Positions 1-9,665 of a DNA stretch of 64,000 nt are shown here, in pieces (position 1 is the first letter of the stretch; each line of letters opens with the position of its first letter). The stretch is taken from NCBI GenBank assembly GCA_030740435.1, contig JASLXG010000039.1:595-64594 (forward strand), in the 5' to 3' direction. This DNA is from Alphaproteobacteria bacterium. Lineage in GTDB: Bacteria > Pseudomonadota > Alphaproteobacteria > UBA2966. The notes under the pieces are model-generated. The model made no database searches, had not been told where the DNA came from, and saw only the letters and a program-made list of their open reading frames with translations. Both the position numbers and the translations under genes were made by a program.

Positions 1-306
1 GGCGAGGTCTACGGCCAGGCCTTCGATGCCCAACTTATGCCGCTTTGCCAGCCTTTCGCGAGGTCCCCCGCGGCCGCGGCCGAGGTCCTGCCCGAAGGCC
101 CGGTACTGGTGCTGGGCTCGGGCGCGGCGCTGATCCGTGAGTGCCTGGCGGAGCTGCCGCCAGGCCTGCGTTTCAGTCCCGGCAACGAGCAGCCCGACGC
201 CGCCGTCATGGCCGCCCGGGCCGCCGCCCTGGCGGCTGCCGGAGAGCTCCCCCAGCGGCCGCCGGCGCCGCTCTACCTGCGCCGACCCGACGCCCGCCTG
301 CCGTGA
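1..306 (+). CDS. tsaB: tRNA threonylcarbamoyladenosine biosynthesis protein TsaB, C-terminal fragment (5' end lies outside the window)
   Basis: Frame-1 ORF is open from base 1 to the TGA at 304-306. Its C-terminal tail (...PLYLRRPDARLP) looks like the TsaB/YeaZ C-terminus. The stop overlaps the GTG of a downstream GNAT gene, which is the classic tsaB-rimI pairing. Family assignment is from memory of these families, not a search. Confidence 0.55.
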   Translation, partial: GEVYGQAFDAQLMPLCQPFARSPAAAAEVLPEGPVLVLGSGAALIRECLAELPPGLRFSPGNEQPDAAVMAARAAALAAAGELPQRPPAPLYLRRPDARLP

Positions 307-650
307 AGGCGAGTCTCGCTAGTGCCGCCCACCTGGGCCTGCTGGCGGCGCTGCACGGCGTCTATTTCGATGAGTCCTGGGACCAAGATGCCATCGCCGG
401 CCTGCTGGCCACGCCTGGCGCTTTTGCCCTGATCATGACCGACGGCGCCGACGAAGAGGCCTTTGCCGGCCAGGCCCAGGACCTTGGTGCCGGCGAGCTG
501 TTTCTCGAAGTGGCGGAAGACAATGGCGCCGCCCTCGCCCTCTATGCTGGCGCTGGATTCGTTCAGGTGGGGCGGCGGCAAGGCTATTACCAAGGTGCCG
601 GCGGGGCCCGGGCGGCCTTGGTCTTGCGCTCTAACCCTCGGCCTTCCTGA
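303..650 (+). CDS. rimI: GNAT family N-acetyltransferase, likely ribosomal-protein-alanine acetyltransferase RimI
   Basis: The translation (…VYFDESWDQDAIAGLLA…LFLEVAEDNGAALALYAGAGFVQVGRRQGYY) has the GNAT acetyl-CoA-binding pattern. The GTG at 303 overlaps the tsaB stop (GTGA). The alternative ATG at 141 lies inside tsaB. Confidence 0.6.
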   Translation: MKASLASAAHLGLLAALHGVYFDESWDQDAIAGLLATPGAFALIMTDGADEEAFAGQAQDLGAGELFLEVAEDNGAALALYAGAGFVQVGRRQGYYQGAGGARAALVLRSNPRPS

Positions 651-867
651 GGCGCAGGATGTGGACGGCGGCGTCTTCCGAGGCTTCCAGACTGAGCACG
701 GTGTGGCCTTCCTCGGCTACCGAGCGCGGCACGTTCTTGAGCGGCTCGCCTTGGGGCAGCCGCACCTCGGCGATTTCGCCCGGTCGCATGCGCTCGATCA
801 GCAACTTGGTCTTGACGAATGTAATGGGACAAACGTCGGCGGTAATGTCGAGATAGTGATCGGCCAT
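631..867 (-). CDS. tusA: TusA/SirA-family sulfurtransferase (two-layered alpha/beta sandwich)
   Basis: 78-aa product MADHYLDITADVCPITFVKTKLL…, with the CPxP active-site motif (DVCPITF) typical of TusA/YedF/SirA. An upstream in-frame ATG at 903 is an alternative start. The 3' end overlaps the convergent rimI by about 20 nt. Confidence 0.7.
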   Translation of the reverse strand: MADHYLDITADVCPITFVKTKLLIERMRPGEIAEVRLPQGEPLKNVPRSVAEEGHTVLSLEASEDAAVHILRLRKAEG

Positions 868-1028
868 TATGTCACTCGTTGCCGCTGCTACTGTCATCGC
901 CAATAGTCCCCCGCCAATAATTCACCGCCAATAGTCCTCAAGGAGTCCGCAACGGGCTATTTTATGTTGATCCTCGAAGACGCAACCAATATACACAACA
1001 TATCAATTGTCGCGAGGTTGTGATTTCT

Positions 1029-1442
1029 ATGTCCCAGGAAACAGATACCGCTGAACTGCTTGCGCTAACGACCGATATCGTGGCCTCCCACGTTGCCAAC
1101 AACTCGGTCAACGTGGCCGACCTGCCCGGGCTCATTCAGCAGGTCTTCGGGGCGCTTTCGGAGCTCGGCAATCCCTCCCAGGCGCCGGCCGCCAAGCCCA
1201 AACCAGCCGTCAACATCAAGCGCTCGGTGATGCCCGATTACATCGTCTGCCTGGAGGACGGAGTCAAGTTGAAGATGCTCAAGCGCCATCTCCAGACGCG
1301 CTACGGCATGACACCCGACGAATACCGCGAACGTTGGGCACTGGCGGCCGACTATCCCATGGTGGCGCCCAACTATGCCGCCCAGCGCAGTGCCCTGGCC
1401 AAGAAGATCGGCCTCGGCACCAAACGGCGCAAGAAAAGCTAG
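1029..1442 (+). CDS. mucR: MucR/Ros family zinc-finger transcriptional regulator
   Basis: The C-terminal half (…YIVCLEDGVKLKMLKRHLQTRYGMTPDEYRERWALAADYPMVAPNYAAQRSALAKKIG…) matches the Ros/MucR C2H2-like zinc-finger DNA-binding domain. This family is specific to alphaproteobacteria. Confidence 0.85.
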   Translation: MSQETDTAELLALTTDIVASHVANNSVNVADLPGLIQQVFGALSELGNPSQAPAAKPKPAVNIKRSVMPDYIVCLEDGVKLKMLKRHLQTRYGMTPDEYRERWALAADYPMVAPNYAAQRSALAKKIGLGTKRRKKS

Positions 1443-1496
1443 GGGTAGCAGAGCCTCCAGCGTCGGAATCCACCTTACCGGGCGGCGAGCTGAACC

Positions 1497-1973
1497 ATGG
1501 TGACGAAAGAGACCACACCCTCCAGACTGGAGCGCCTATGCGTCGCCAAAGGCCTGAAAATGACCGGGCAGCGGCGTCTGATAGCCCGGGTGCTGTCGGA
1601 TTCCTACGACCACCCCGACGTCGAGGAGCTCTACGGCCGGGCCAGCCGGATCGACCCCAAAATCAGCATCGCCACGGTCTACCGCACGGTGCGCCTCTTC
1701 GAGGAGGCCAACATCCTCGAGCGCCACGATTTCGGCGACGGCCGGGCGCGATATGAGCGCCTGCCGGACGAGCACCACGATCATCTCATCGACATACGTA
1801 GCGGTCGCGTGGTGGAGTTTCATGACCCCGATATCGAGGCCCTGCAGCAAGGCATCGCCCGACGTCTTGGGTTCCGGCTGATGGGCCACCGGATGGAGCT
1901 CTATGGCGTGCCCCTCGAAGACGAAGACGGCGGCGGCAACCACCAGCGGGACGACAATGGCGACAAGGATTGA
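1497..1973 (+). CDS. fur: Fur family transcriptional regulator (ferric uptake regulator-like)
   Basis: N-terminal winged-helix pattern (LERLCVAKGLKMTGQRRLIARVL…IATVYRTVRLFEEANIL) and metal-site HHDH motif (EHHDHLID). The acidic C-terminal tail is unusual. Lies 55 nt downstream of mucR. Confidence 0.75.
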   Translation: MVTKETTPSRLERLCVAKGLKMTGQRRLIARVLSDSYDHPDVEELYGRASRIDPKISIATVYRTVRLFEEANILERHDFGDGRARYERLPDEHHDHLIDIRSGRVVEFHDPDIEALQQGIARRLGFRLMGHRMELYGVPLEDEDGGGNHQRDDNGDKD

Positions 1974-2099
1974 GAGCCCATCGGCTGCCTTCAACTTGAC
2001 AGACATCCGGCAAGTGCTAGTGTTTTCAAATAGATCCGAGCCTTGCGACGGCGGCGCGCCGGATGGCGGCCCGCGCCCAGGCAAGGGCTGAGAGCGCCT

Positions 2100-3464
2100 T
2101 TGGCCAAGAAGCTGTTCGTCAAAACCTACGGCTGTCAGATGAACGCCTACGATTCCGCGCGCATGGCGGATCTCATGGCGCCCCAGGGTTATACTCTGGC
2201 GGCCGCGGCCGAAGAGGCCGACATGGTCATCCTCAACACTTGCCACATCCGCGAGAAGGCGGCGGAAAAGGTTTATTCGGAACTGGGCCGGCTGCGTGCC
2301 CTCAAGCGAACCCGGCGGGCCCGGGGGGGCGATCTGGTCATTGCCGTGGCCGGTTGCGTGGCCCAGGCCGAGGGCGAGGAAGTGCGCCGGCGCGCCCCCT
2401 GGGTCGATCTGGTGGTCGGTCCGCAGGCCTTCCACCGCCTGCCCGAGTTGGTGGCCGGAGCGGCCAGCGGCGGCGCCAGCGCCATAGCCACCGACTTCCC
2501 GGGGGCTGCCAAGTTCGACCACCTGCCCGCGGAAGCCACGGGCCGCGGTCCCAGCGCCTTCCTCACGGTGCAAGAGGGCTGCGACAAGTTCTGCACTTTC
2601 TGCGTCGTGCCCTACACCCGAGGCGCCGAATATTCGCGCCCGGTGGCCGAGGTGACAACCGAGGCCGCGCGCCTGCTGGCCGGCGGCAGCCGCGAGATCA
2701 CGCTCTTGGGCCAGAACGTCAACGCCTACCACGGTAGCGGCCCGGCTGGGCGGCCCTGGGGTCTGGCCCGCCTGATCCGCGGGCTGGCCGACCTCGAGGG
2801 CCTGACGCGGCTGCGCTACACCACCTCGCACCCGCTCGACATGGACGCCGAGCTGATCGCCGCCCATGCCGAAGTGCCGGCTCTCGCGCCATACCTCCAT
2901 CTGCCGGTGCAGTCGGGCTCCGACGCCGTGCTGGCCGCCATGGGCCGCAAGCACCGGGCCGGAGACTACCTGCGCCTGGTCGAACGGCTGCGCGCGGCGC
3001 GTCCCGATCTGGCGCTTTCCGGCGACTTCATCGTCGGCTTTCCCGGCGAAAGTGACGCCGATTTCGCCGCCACCTTGGCCCTGGTCCGCGAAGTGGGCTA
3101 CGCCAGCGCCTATTCCTTCAAATACAGCGCTCGGCCGGGCACCCCGGCGGCAGAGCTGCCGGGACAGTTGCCCGAGGCCCTCAAGGCGGCCCGCCTGGCC
3201 GAGCTGCAAAGCCTGCTCGAGGCCCAGCAACTGGCCTTCAATCGTGCCTGCGAGGGGCGCCGGCTCGAGGTGCTGCTGGAGCGTCCGGGGCGCCAGCCCG
3301 GCCAGCTCGTGGGGCGCAGCCCCTATATGCAAGCCGTGCACTTGCAGGCGCCCCCCGAGCTGACGGGCCAAGTCGTCAATGTCACCATCGAGCGCGGCCT
3401 GGCCAACAGCCTGGCGGCCCGCCTGACTGAAGAGCCGGACGAGCTGGGGGCCGATGCGGCGTGA
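2100..3464 (+). CDS. miaB: tRNA-2-methylthio-N6-dimethylallyladenosine synthase MiaB (radical SAM methylthiotransferase)
   Basis: From the in-frame TTG at 2100 the product starts [19 protein letters not shown]…, the canonical MiaB N-terminus. It has the UPF0004 Cys triad, the radical-SAM CxxxCxxC (GCDKFCTFC) and a TRAM-like C-terminus. The upstream in-frame ATG at 2043 gives an atypical Arg-rich extension. Confidence 0.9.
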   Translation: MAKKLFVKTYGCQMNAYDSARMADLMAPQGYTLAAAAEEADMVILNTCHIREKAAEKVYSELGRLRALKRTRRARGGDLVIAVAGCVAQAEGEEVRRRAPWVDLVVGPQAFHRLPELVAGAASGGASAIATDFPGAAKFDHLPAEATGRGPSAFLTVQEGCDKFCTFCVVPYTRGAEYSRPVAEVTTEAARLLAGGSREITLLGQNVNAYHGSGPAGRPWGLARLIRGLADLEGLTRLRYTTSHPLDMDAELIAAHAEVPALAPYLHLPVQSGSDAVLAAMGRKHRAGDYLRLVERLRAARPDLALSGDFIVGFPGESDADFAATLALVREVGYASAYSFKYSARPGTPAAELPGQLPEALKAARLAELQSLLEAQQLAFNRACEGRRLEVLLERPGRQPGQLVGRSPYMQAVHLQAPPELTGQVVNVTIERGLANSLAARLTEEPDELGADAA

Positions 3465-4515
3465 GGACCGAGCGACCTTGAAGAGCGATCGCGACAGGGA
3501 TACCGATGGCGGCCCGGCGCCGCTATTCATGGATTTCGACGACAACGGTCTGTTGACGCCGCTGTTTGGCGAGCACGACCGCAATCTGGCCCTCATCGAG
3601 AAGCGCCTCGAGGTTGCCATCACGCCACGCGGCAACCGGCTCTCGATCGAGGGCAGCGCCTGGTCTCAGCAGGTGGCCCAGACCGTGCTGGCGGATCTCT
3701 ATGCCCGCCTGCAGCGGGGCCTGGAGACCGGCAGCGGCGAGGTCGACGGCGCCATCCGTATGGCCGAGGCCACGGTGGGCCGCGGCGCCCAGAGCGCGGC
3801 CCTGGACGAGGACGTCGTCATCCGCACGCGCCGCCGGGTGATCACGCCGCGCTCGCCCTTGCAGGCCGACTATGTGCGCCGGCTGCGCTCGGGCGAGCTG
3901 GTGTTCGCCCTGGGGCCGGCCGGCACCGGCAAAACCTATCTGGCCGTGGCGGTCGGCGTATCATTGCTGCTCGACGGCCTGGTCGAGCGTGTCATCCTAT
4001 CGCGCCCGGCGGTCGAGGCGGGCGAGAACCTGGGCTTTTTGCCCGGCGACCTCAGGGACAAGGTTGATCCCTACCTCAGGCCGCTGTTTGACGCCCTCAA
4101 CGACATGCTGCCCACCGACCAGGTCATGAGGCGCATCGAAAACGGCGAGATCGAGGTGGCGCCGGTGGCTTTCATGCGCGGGCGCACGCTGACCCGGGCC
4201 TTCGTCATCGTCGACGAGGCACAGAACACGTCCATGGTGCAGATGAAGATGCTGTTGACCCGGATGGGCGAGGATTCGCGCATGGTGGTGACCGGCGATC
4301 TGTCGCAGATCGATCTGCCGCGGGGCACTCGTTCGGGACTGGCCGACGCCGCCGAACTGTTACGCGGCACAGAAGGCGTCAGTTTCGTGCGATTCACCTC
4401 CGATGACGTGGTCCGCCACCCCCTGGTGACACGCATCGTGCGGGCCTACGACGAACGCGACCGCCAGTTTGGCGAAAGCGCCTCGAGCGCTGACGATGGT
4501 GGCAACCATGATTGA
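3454..4515 (+). CDS. phoH: PhoH-like ATPase (PhoH/YbeZ family)
   Basis: Walker A motif [15 protein letters not shown] and the conserved PhoH core (…[10 protein letters not shown]…[12 protein letters not shown]…). Overlaps the miaB stop by 11 nt. Same order as the E. coli miaB-ybeZ-ybeY-corC-lnt cluster. Confidence 0.9.
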   Translation: MRREDRATLKSDRDRDTDGGPAPLFMDFDDNGLLTPLFGEHDRNLALIEKRLEVAITPRGNRLSIEGSAWSQQVAQTVLADLYARLQRGLETGSGEVDGAIRMAEATVGRGAQSAALDEDVVIRTRRRVITPRSPLQADYVRRLRSGELVFALGPAGTGKTYLAVAVGVSLLLDGLVERVILSRPAVEAGENLGFLPGDLRDKVDPYLRPLFDALNDMLPTDQVMRRIENGEIEVAPVAFMRGRTLTRAFVIVDEAQNTSMVQMKMLLTRMGEDSRMVVTGDLSQIDLPRGTRSGLADAAELLRGTEGVSFVRFTSDDVVRHPLVTRIVRAYDERDRQFGESASSADDGGNHD

Positions 4516-5044
4516 GCCGGCGCCTGCCGCTGGGCCGGACCGCATCGAGGTGGCGCTCGACGTCGCCGTGCCCTCCTGGCGGCACATAGGCGAGGGACCG
4601 GGGGCCCTAGAGACCCTGGTCGAGCGCGCCGTGCGGGCTGCCGTGGCGGCCACCGCCCGGCCCCCCGAGGCCGACCTCGAGATCTCCGTGCTGCTCAGCG
4701 ACGATGCCCAGGTGCGGGCGCTCAATGCCCGCCACCGGGGCCGCGACCGGGCCACCAACGTGCTCGCCTTTCCCGCCGATCTGGCCGCGGCCGAGGTCGC
4801 GACAGAATTGCCCGGGTTGCTCGGCGATGTAGTCCTGGCCTTTGAAACGGTGGCCGGCGAGGCCCGCGATCAGGGCAAGACAGTGGCCGATCACCTGACC
4901 CACCTGTTGGTTCACGGGGTGCTTCACCTCAGGGGCTTCGAGCATCAGGACGAGGCCGCCGCGGCGGCCATGGAGGACCTCGAACGCCGGCTCCTGGCAA
5001 CCCTTGGTATCAACGATCCCTACGCCGCCGATGACCGACTCTGA
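4508..5044 (+). CDS. ybeY: rRNA maturation endoribonuclease YbeY
   Basis: Metal-binding motif HGVLHLRGFEH (H-x3-H-x5-H) near the C-terminus. The ATG at 4508 overlaps the phoH stop (ATGATTGA). ATGs at 4469 and 4496 are alternatives. Confidence 0.85.
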   Translation: MIEPAPAAGPDRIEVALDVAVPSWRHIGEGPGALETLVERAVRAAVAATARPPEADLEISVLLSDDAQVRALNARHRGRDRATNVLAFPADLAAAEVATELPGLLGDVVLAFETVAGEARDQGKTVADHLTHLLVHGVLHLRGFEHQDEAAAAAMEDLERRLLATLGINDPYAADDRL

Positions 5045-6023
5045 CTCCAACGACACGAACCCCAAGGCTCCCGGCGCGGCACCGGCGCCGATGCCGGAGC
5101 CGCTCGACGACGAAGCCACCCTGGGCGGCAGTCTGGTGAACTGGGTCAAAGGACTGGCCCGCAACCGCAACGGTGATGCCAGCCTGCGCGAGAGCCTCGA
5201 GGAACTGATCGGCGAGCACCACGAGGCGGAGCAGCCGATCAATCCCGAAGAGCGGCTGATGTTGATGAACATCCTCAAGCTCGGTGAGCTCAGGGTCGAC
5301 GACGTCATGGTGCCCAGGGCCGACATCGTGGCCGTCGAGGTCGGCACCTCGCTCAACGACATCGTCAAGCTGGTGGGCCAGGCCTTCCATTCCCGCATGC
5401 CGGTCTACCGCGGCAATCTCGACGATGTCCTGGGCATGGTCCACATCAAGGACCTGATGCGCTACTGGGATCGGCGGCCCTTCCACCTGCGCCGCGCCGT
5501 GCACGAGGTGTTGTTCGTGCCGCCCAGCATGCTGGTGCTGGATCTGATGCTCAAGATGCGGGCGGCGCGCATCCATATGGCGGTGGTGGTCGACGAGTAC
5601 GGCGGTACCGACGGCCTGGTGACCATCGAGGATCTGGTCGAGGAGATCGTCGGCGAGATCGAGGACGAGCACGACCAGGTCGAAGGGCCGCTGATCGTCG
5701 AGCGTCCCGACGGCAGCCTGGTGGCTGACGCCCGCGCCGCCATCGCCGAGCTCGAGAGCCGGGTGGGCTGCGACCTGTTGCCCGACGAGCGCGATGAAGA
5801 AGTCGACACGCTGGGCGGCCTGGTCTTTTCGTTGGTCGGTCGGGTGCCGCAGCGCGGCGAGGTGGTGGCCCATGCCGCCGGCCTCGAGTTCGTCGTGCTC
5901 GACGCCGACCCGCGCCGCATCAAACGCATCCGGGTGCGCGGCTTGCCGGCCAAGGCCGAAAATGCGCCGCCAGAAGGCACCGACCGCCCCGAGACCTCTG
6001 GGTCGTCCGGGGACCAGAACTGA
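5031..6023 (+). CDS. corC: CorC/HlyC family Mg2+/Co2+ efflux-associated protein (tandem CBS plus transporter-associated domain)
   Basis: Tandem CBS pair (…VDDVMVPRADIVAVEV…MAVVVDEYGGTDGLVTIEDLVEEIVGEIEDEHD…) and a C-terminal CorC_HlyC domain. Start is either 5031 or 5004, both overlapping the ybeY 3' end. Confidence 0.85.
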   Translation: MTDSDSNDTNPKAPGAAPAPMPEPLDDEATLGGSLVNWVKGLARNRNGDASLRESLEELIGEHHEAEQPINPEERLMLMNILKLGELRVDDVMVPRADIVAVEVGTSLNDIVKLVGQAFHSRMPVYRGNLDDVLGMVHIKDLMRYWDRRPFHLRRAVHEVLFVPPSMLVLDLMLKMRAARIHMAVVVDEYGGTDGLVTIEDLVEEIVGEIEDEHDQVEGPLIVERPDGSLVADARAAIAELESRVGCDLLPDERDEEVDTLGGLVFSLVGRVPQRGEVVAHAAGLEFVVLDADPRRIKRIRVRGLPAKAENAPPEGTDRPETSGSSGDQN

Positions 6024-6036
6024 GCGCCCGAGGACC

Positions 6037-7653
6037 ATGAGCGGGCTGGCCTCGCGGCTTGCGGCCCTGACCGGTTGGCGGCGCTACGGCGTAGCCCTGG
6101 CGGCCGGCGCCCTGGCCAGCACCGCGTTGCCGCCCGGCGCCCTCGCTAGCGTCGGCGTGCCGCACTTGTACCTGCTGCCGCTGCTGATCCCCGCTTTCGT
6201 TGCCCTGGTCTGGCTCAACGATGGCAGCCGGCGCCGCCGCGCCGCCTATTTCGTGGGCTTTTGCTTCGCCTTTGGCTTTTTCCTCTGCGGCCTCTATTGG
6301 ATCGGCTTTGCCCTGCTGGTCGATGCCGCGCGTCACGCCTGGTTGTTGCCGCTGGCGGTGCTCGGCCTGCCGCTGCTGTTGGCGCTGTTTCATGGCTTGG
6401 CCACCTTGGCGGTCTATCTGTTGGAGCTGCGCGGCGGCGCCCGGGTGCTGGCCCTGGCGCTGGCCTGGACAGCCGCCGAATGGCTGCGCGGGCATCTCTT
6501 TACCGGCTTTCCCTGGAACCTGATGGGCTACGTCTGGACGGCCTCCGACGAGATGCTGCAGTTTGCCGCGCTGTTTGGCATCTATGGGCTTAGTTTCGTC
6601 ACCATCGCCTGTGGCGGGGCGGCGGCGACGCTGGTGGCGCCGGCCGGCGCCAGGATCGGGCGCCGGGGCTGGGCCCTGCCGCTGGCCGCCGTGGCGCTGC
6701 TGCTGCTGATGTGGCTGGGCGGCGCGGCGCGGCTGCCGGGCCCGGGAGACAAATCGGCAAGCGTGCCCGAAGTGCGGCTGCGCCTGGTGCAGGCCAACCT
6801 GAGCCAGGCAGACAAATGGCGGGCCGATCTGCGCGAGGCCAACCTGGGCCGCCATCTGCAGCTCAGCTCGGGACCGGGTAGCGAGGCCGTCAGCCACATT
6901 ATTTGGCCGGAAACCGCGGTGCCCTATTTTCTCCAGCGCGACAAGGCGGCGGCAGCTTTGGTGGGGGGCCTGGTGGGCCCGTCGGGGCTGGTGCTGAGCG
7001 GCGGCTTGAGAGCGGCCCCGGATGCCGCCGGCGAGCGGCGAATCTGGAACAGCCTGCTGGCCCTGGATGCCAGCGGCAGCGTCGTCGCCACCTACGACAA
7101 GGCCCATCTGGTGCCCTTCGGCGAGTACCTGCCCTTGGCCCCGGTTCTGGCCCGCCTGGGCTTTAGCAAGCTGGCCCCTGGGGCGGCCGGATTCGCCGCC
7201 GGAACAGGCCGGCAGAGCCTCACCGTCGGGGGCCTGCCGCCGTTCAGTCCTTTGATCTGCTACGAGGTGATTTTTCCCTCTGAGGTGGTGAAATCAGGCG
7301 CTCGCCCGAGTTGGCTGCTCAATCTCACCAACGATGCCTGGTACGGCCGCAGCGCCGGTCCCTACCAGCATTTCGCCATGGCCCGGGTGCGTGCCGTCGA
7401 GGAAGGCCTGCCTCTGGTGCGGGTGGCCAATACCGGCATTTCCGGTGTCGTCGACGGCTATGGCCGGGTGCTGCGGCGTCTCGGCCTGGGCCAGGCGGGG
7501 GTCATCGACTCGCCCTTGCCCCAGGCACTGGCAGCGCCGCCCTACGCCCGCTTCGGGGATGTCGGGCTGGGGCTATTGCTGGCCCTGGTGATGCTTTGCC
7601 TGGGTTGGCTCGAAAGACGCCGCCGCCGGGCGGCGCCTAGAGACCAATCATAG
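6037..7653 (+). CDS. lnt: apolipoprotein N-acyltransferase Lnt
   Basis: Multi-TM N-terminal half followed by a C-N hydrolase (nitrilase-like) domain (…HIIWPETAVPYF…SPLICYEVIFPSEV…NLTNDAWYG…). I chose the ATG at 6037 (MSGLASRL…). The ORF-track start at 5794 would overlap corC in another frame. Confidence 0.85.
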   Translation: MSGLASRLAALTGWRRYGVALAAGALASTALPPGALASVGVPHLYLLPLLIPAFVALVWLNDGSRRRRAAYFVGFCFAFGFFLCGLYWIGFALLVDAARHAWLLPLAVLGLPLLLALFHGLATLAVYLLELRGGARVLALALAWTAAEWLRGHLFTGFPWNLMGYVWTASDEMLQFAALFGIYGLSFVTIACGGAAATLVAPAGARIGRRGWALPLAAVALLLLMWLGGAARLPGPGDKSASVPEVRLRLVQANLSQADKWRADLREANLGRHLQLSSGPGSEAVSHIIWPETAVPYFLQRDKAAAALVGGLVGPSGLVLSGGLRAAPDAAGERRIWNSLLALDASGSVVATYDKAHLVPFGEYLPLAPVLARLGFSKLAPGAAGFAAGTGRQSLTVGGLPPFSPLICYEVIFPSEVVKSGARPSWLLNLTNDAWYGRSAGPYQHFAMARVRAVEEGLPLVRVANTGISGVVDGYGRVLRRLGLGQAGVIDSPLPQALAAPPYARFGDVGLGLLLALVMLCLGWLERRRRRAAPRDQS

Positions 7654-7745
7654 CTTGTTCGGGGCCGCCGCGCCCCACCCCGTCACGGCCGCGAAATAGT
7701 CCGGTTATGTGGACCCATGAGCCAAGGTTGGGCAGCAATATTCTT

Positions 7746-7774
7746 ATTGACCGCGCATACCTTGTTATCTTATA
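7746..7774 (+). promoter_or_regulatory. sigma70-type promoter (TTGACC-N17-TTATAA) upstream of the XRE regulator gene
   Basis: TTGACC at 7746-7751, a 17-nt spacer, then TTATAA at 7769-7774, in an AT-rich island. The predicted TSS is about 7781, which coincides with an in-frame ATG. Confidence 0.4.
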
Positions 7775-7846
7775 AATACTATGAGTAGTTGCGGGGGTTT
7801 TTTTCTCGGTGTCCCGGTCGGCCCCTTCGGGGCGGAGATCGAACAT

Positions 7847-8275
7847 TTGGCCAAGATTCCCAATCCCATTGACGTTCACGTCGGCGGCCGGGTGCGCCTG
7901 CGCCGGACGCTGCTGGGCATGAGCCAGGAAAAATTGGGCCAAGCCGTCAACCTCACCTTTCAGCAGATCCAGAAATACGAGCGTGGCGCCAACCGCATCG
8001 GCTCCAGCCGGCTCTACCAATTCGCCCAGGTGCTGGATGTGCCGGTGAGCTTCTTTTTCGATGATATGCCGGCCAACGTCACGGGGCGCGGGCCGGGCCT
8101 CAGCGAGGACAGCCCGGAAAAGTTCGAGCAGGAACAGTTCGTGCGCCGCGAAACCCTCGAGCTGGTGCGCGCCTACTACAAGATCAAGGACCCCATGGTG
8201 CGCAAGCGGGTGTTCGAGCTGACCAAGGCGATAGCCGGCATCGCCGGCGGCGGCAAGGCCGCGGCCGGCAAATAG
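7847..8275 (+). CDS. XRE-family helix-turn-helix transcriptional regulator (Cro/C1-type HTH)
   Basis: HTH_XRE signature (RVRLRRTLLGMSQEKLGQAVNLTFQQIQKYERGANRIGSSRLYQFAQVL). The start is ambiguous: TTG at 7847 gives MAKIPNPIDVHV…, while the ATG at 7781 gives a 22-aa Gly/Phe-rich extension. This regulator family is commonly found immediately upstream of metK in alphaproteobacteria. Confidence 0.7.
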   Translation: MAKIPNPIDVHVGGRVRLRRTLLGMSQEKLGQAVNLTFQQIQKYERGANRIGSSRLYQFAQVLDVPVSFFFDDMPANVTGRGPGLSEDSPEKFEQEQFVRRETLELVRAYYKIKDPMVRKRVFELTKAIAGIAGGGKAAAGK

Positions 8276-8449
8276 CTGCCGGCGCGGCTCGCTGGGTACC
8301 TTTTTTCAGGCCCCAAAAGATGATGTTTCGGTGCTTGCCGCGGCGGCGCTCGAAGGCTTGGCGCCAGCCCGCTGCTCTGGCCCTTGACCTCGGCAGCAAA
8401 GCTTGCCACAAGAGCACGCCCGCTGGCAGCCGAAGGCGGGCCGGGGTAA

Positions 8450-9637
8450 TTGGGCGGAGGAATGGCCGTGGCCGACATCGATTATTTGTTCACCAGTGAA
8501 TCTGTTTCCGAAGGTCATCCCGACAAGGTATGCGACCGCATTTCCGACGCCGTGGTGGACGCCTTTCTCGAGGCCGACGCCCATAGCCGGGTGGCCGTCG
8601 AGACCCTGACCACGACCAACCGCATCGTGTTGGCCGGCGAGGTGCGGGGCCCCGACAGCATGACCGCCGAACGCATTGAGGCCACGGCCCGGGCCTGCGT
8701 GCGCGAGATCGGTTACGAGCAGGACGGCTTCCATTGGCAAAAGGCGGCCGTCGAGATCCACGTGCATTCCCAATCCGGCGACATCGCCCAGGGCGTCGAT
8801 GCCGGCGCCGACAAGGACGAAGGCGCGGGCGACCAGGGCATCATGTTCGGCTATGCCTGTCGCGAAACGGAGCCCCTGATGCCGGCCCCGATTTACTATT
8901 CCCACGCCATCCTGCGGGCGCTGGCCGAGGTTCGGCATTCCGGCGCCGAACCGGGACTGGGCCCCGATTCCAAAAGCCAGGTCACCCTGGGATATGTCGC
9001 TGGCCAACCCGTCTGCGCCACCTCGGTGGTGGTCTCGACCCAGCACAGCGCCGATCTCACACAGGACCAGGTGCGCGAAATCGTGCGGCCCCACGTGGTC
9101 AACGTTCTGCCCGAAGGCTGGATGTGCGCCGAAGAGGATTTCTACGTCAATCCTACCGGCCGTTTCGTCACCGGCGGCCCCGACGGCGATGCCGGCCTCA
9201 CGGGCCGCAAGATCATCGTCGACACCTATGGCGGCTCGGCACCCCATGGCGGTGGTGCCTTTTCGGGCAAGGACCCGACCAAGGTCGACCGCTCGGCCGC
9301 CTATGCGGCGCGCTACCTGGCCAAGAACGTGGTCGGTGCCGGTTTGGCCGAGCGCTGCACCATCCAACTGGCCTATGCCATCGGCGTCTCCAAGCCGTTG
9401 TCGGTTTACGTCGATCTACATGGCAGCGGCCAGGCTGACGAAAAGAGCCTGTCGGCGGCGCTGCAAGAGGTCATGGACCTGAGCCCCCGCGGCATCCGCG
9501 AGCACCTCAAGCTGAGCCGGCCGATCTACGCCCGCACCGCCGCCTACGGCCATTTCGGCCGGGCCCCCGATCCCGACGGTGGTTTCTCGTGGGAGCGCCT
9601 GGATCTGGTCGACGACCTCAAGTCGGCTTTGGGCTGA
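8450..9637 (+). CDS. metK: S-adenosylmethionine synthetase (methionine adenosyltransferase)
   Basis: Unmistakable MetK sequence (…[29 protein letters not shown]…[27 protein letters not shown]…). The in-frame ATG at 8462 is an alternative start. Confidence 0.93.
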   Translation: MGGGMAVADIDYLFTSESVSEGHPDKVCDRISDAVVDAFLEADAHSRVAVETLTTTNRIVLAGEVRGPDSMTAERIEATARACVREIGYEQDGFHWQKAAVEIHVHSQSGDIAQGVDAGADKDEGAGDQGIMFGYACRETEPLMPAPIYYSHAILRALAEVRHSGAEPGLGPDSKSQVTLGYVAGQPVCATSVVVSTQHSADLTQDQVREIVRPHVVNVLPEGWMCAEEDFYVNPTGRFVTGGPDGDAGLTGRKIIVDTYGGSAPHGGGAFSGKDPTKVDRSAAYAARYLAKNVVGAGLAERCTIQLAYAIGVSKPLSVYVDLHGSGQADEKSLSAALQEVMDLSPRGIREHLKLSRPIYARTAAYGHFGRAPDPDGGFSWERLDLVDDLKSALG

Positions 9638-9665
9638 GGCCGCCACAAGTATCCCGGGGGCGGTC

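Noticed and set aside
1536-3635. 699-aa minus-strand ORF antisense to miaB and phoH
   Set aside because: Entirely antisense to two well-supported plus-strand genes. Low-complexity Ala/Gly/Arg-rich translation with no domain signature. This is a typical high-GC shadow ORF.
5794-6036. N-terminal 81-aa extension of the lnt ORF (track start 5794) overlapping corC
   Set aside because: It would make lnt overlap corC by 230 nt in another frame. The ATG at 6037 gives the canonical Lnt N-terminus right after the corC stop.
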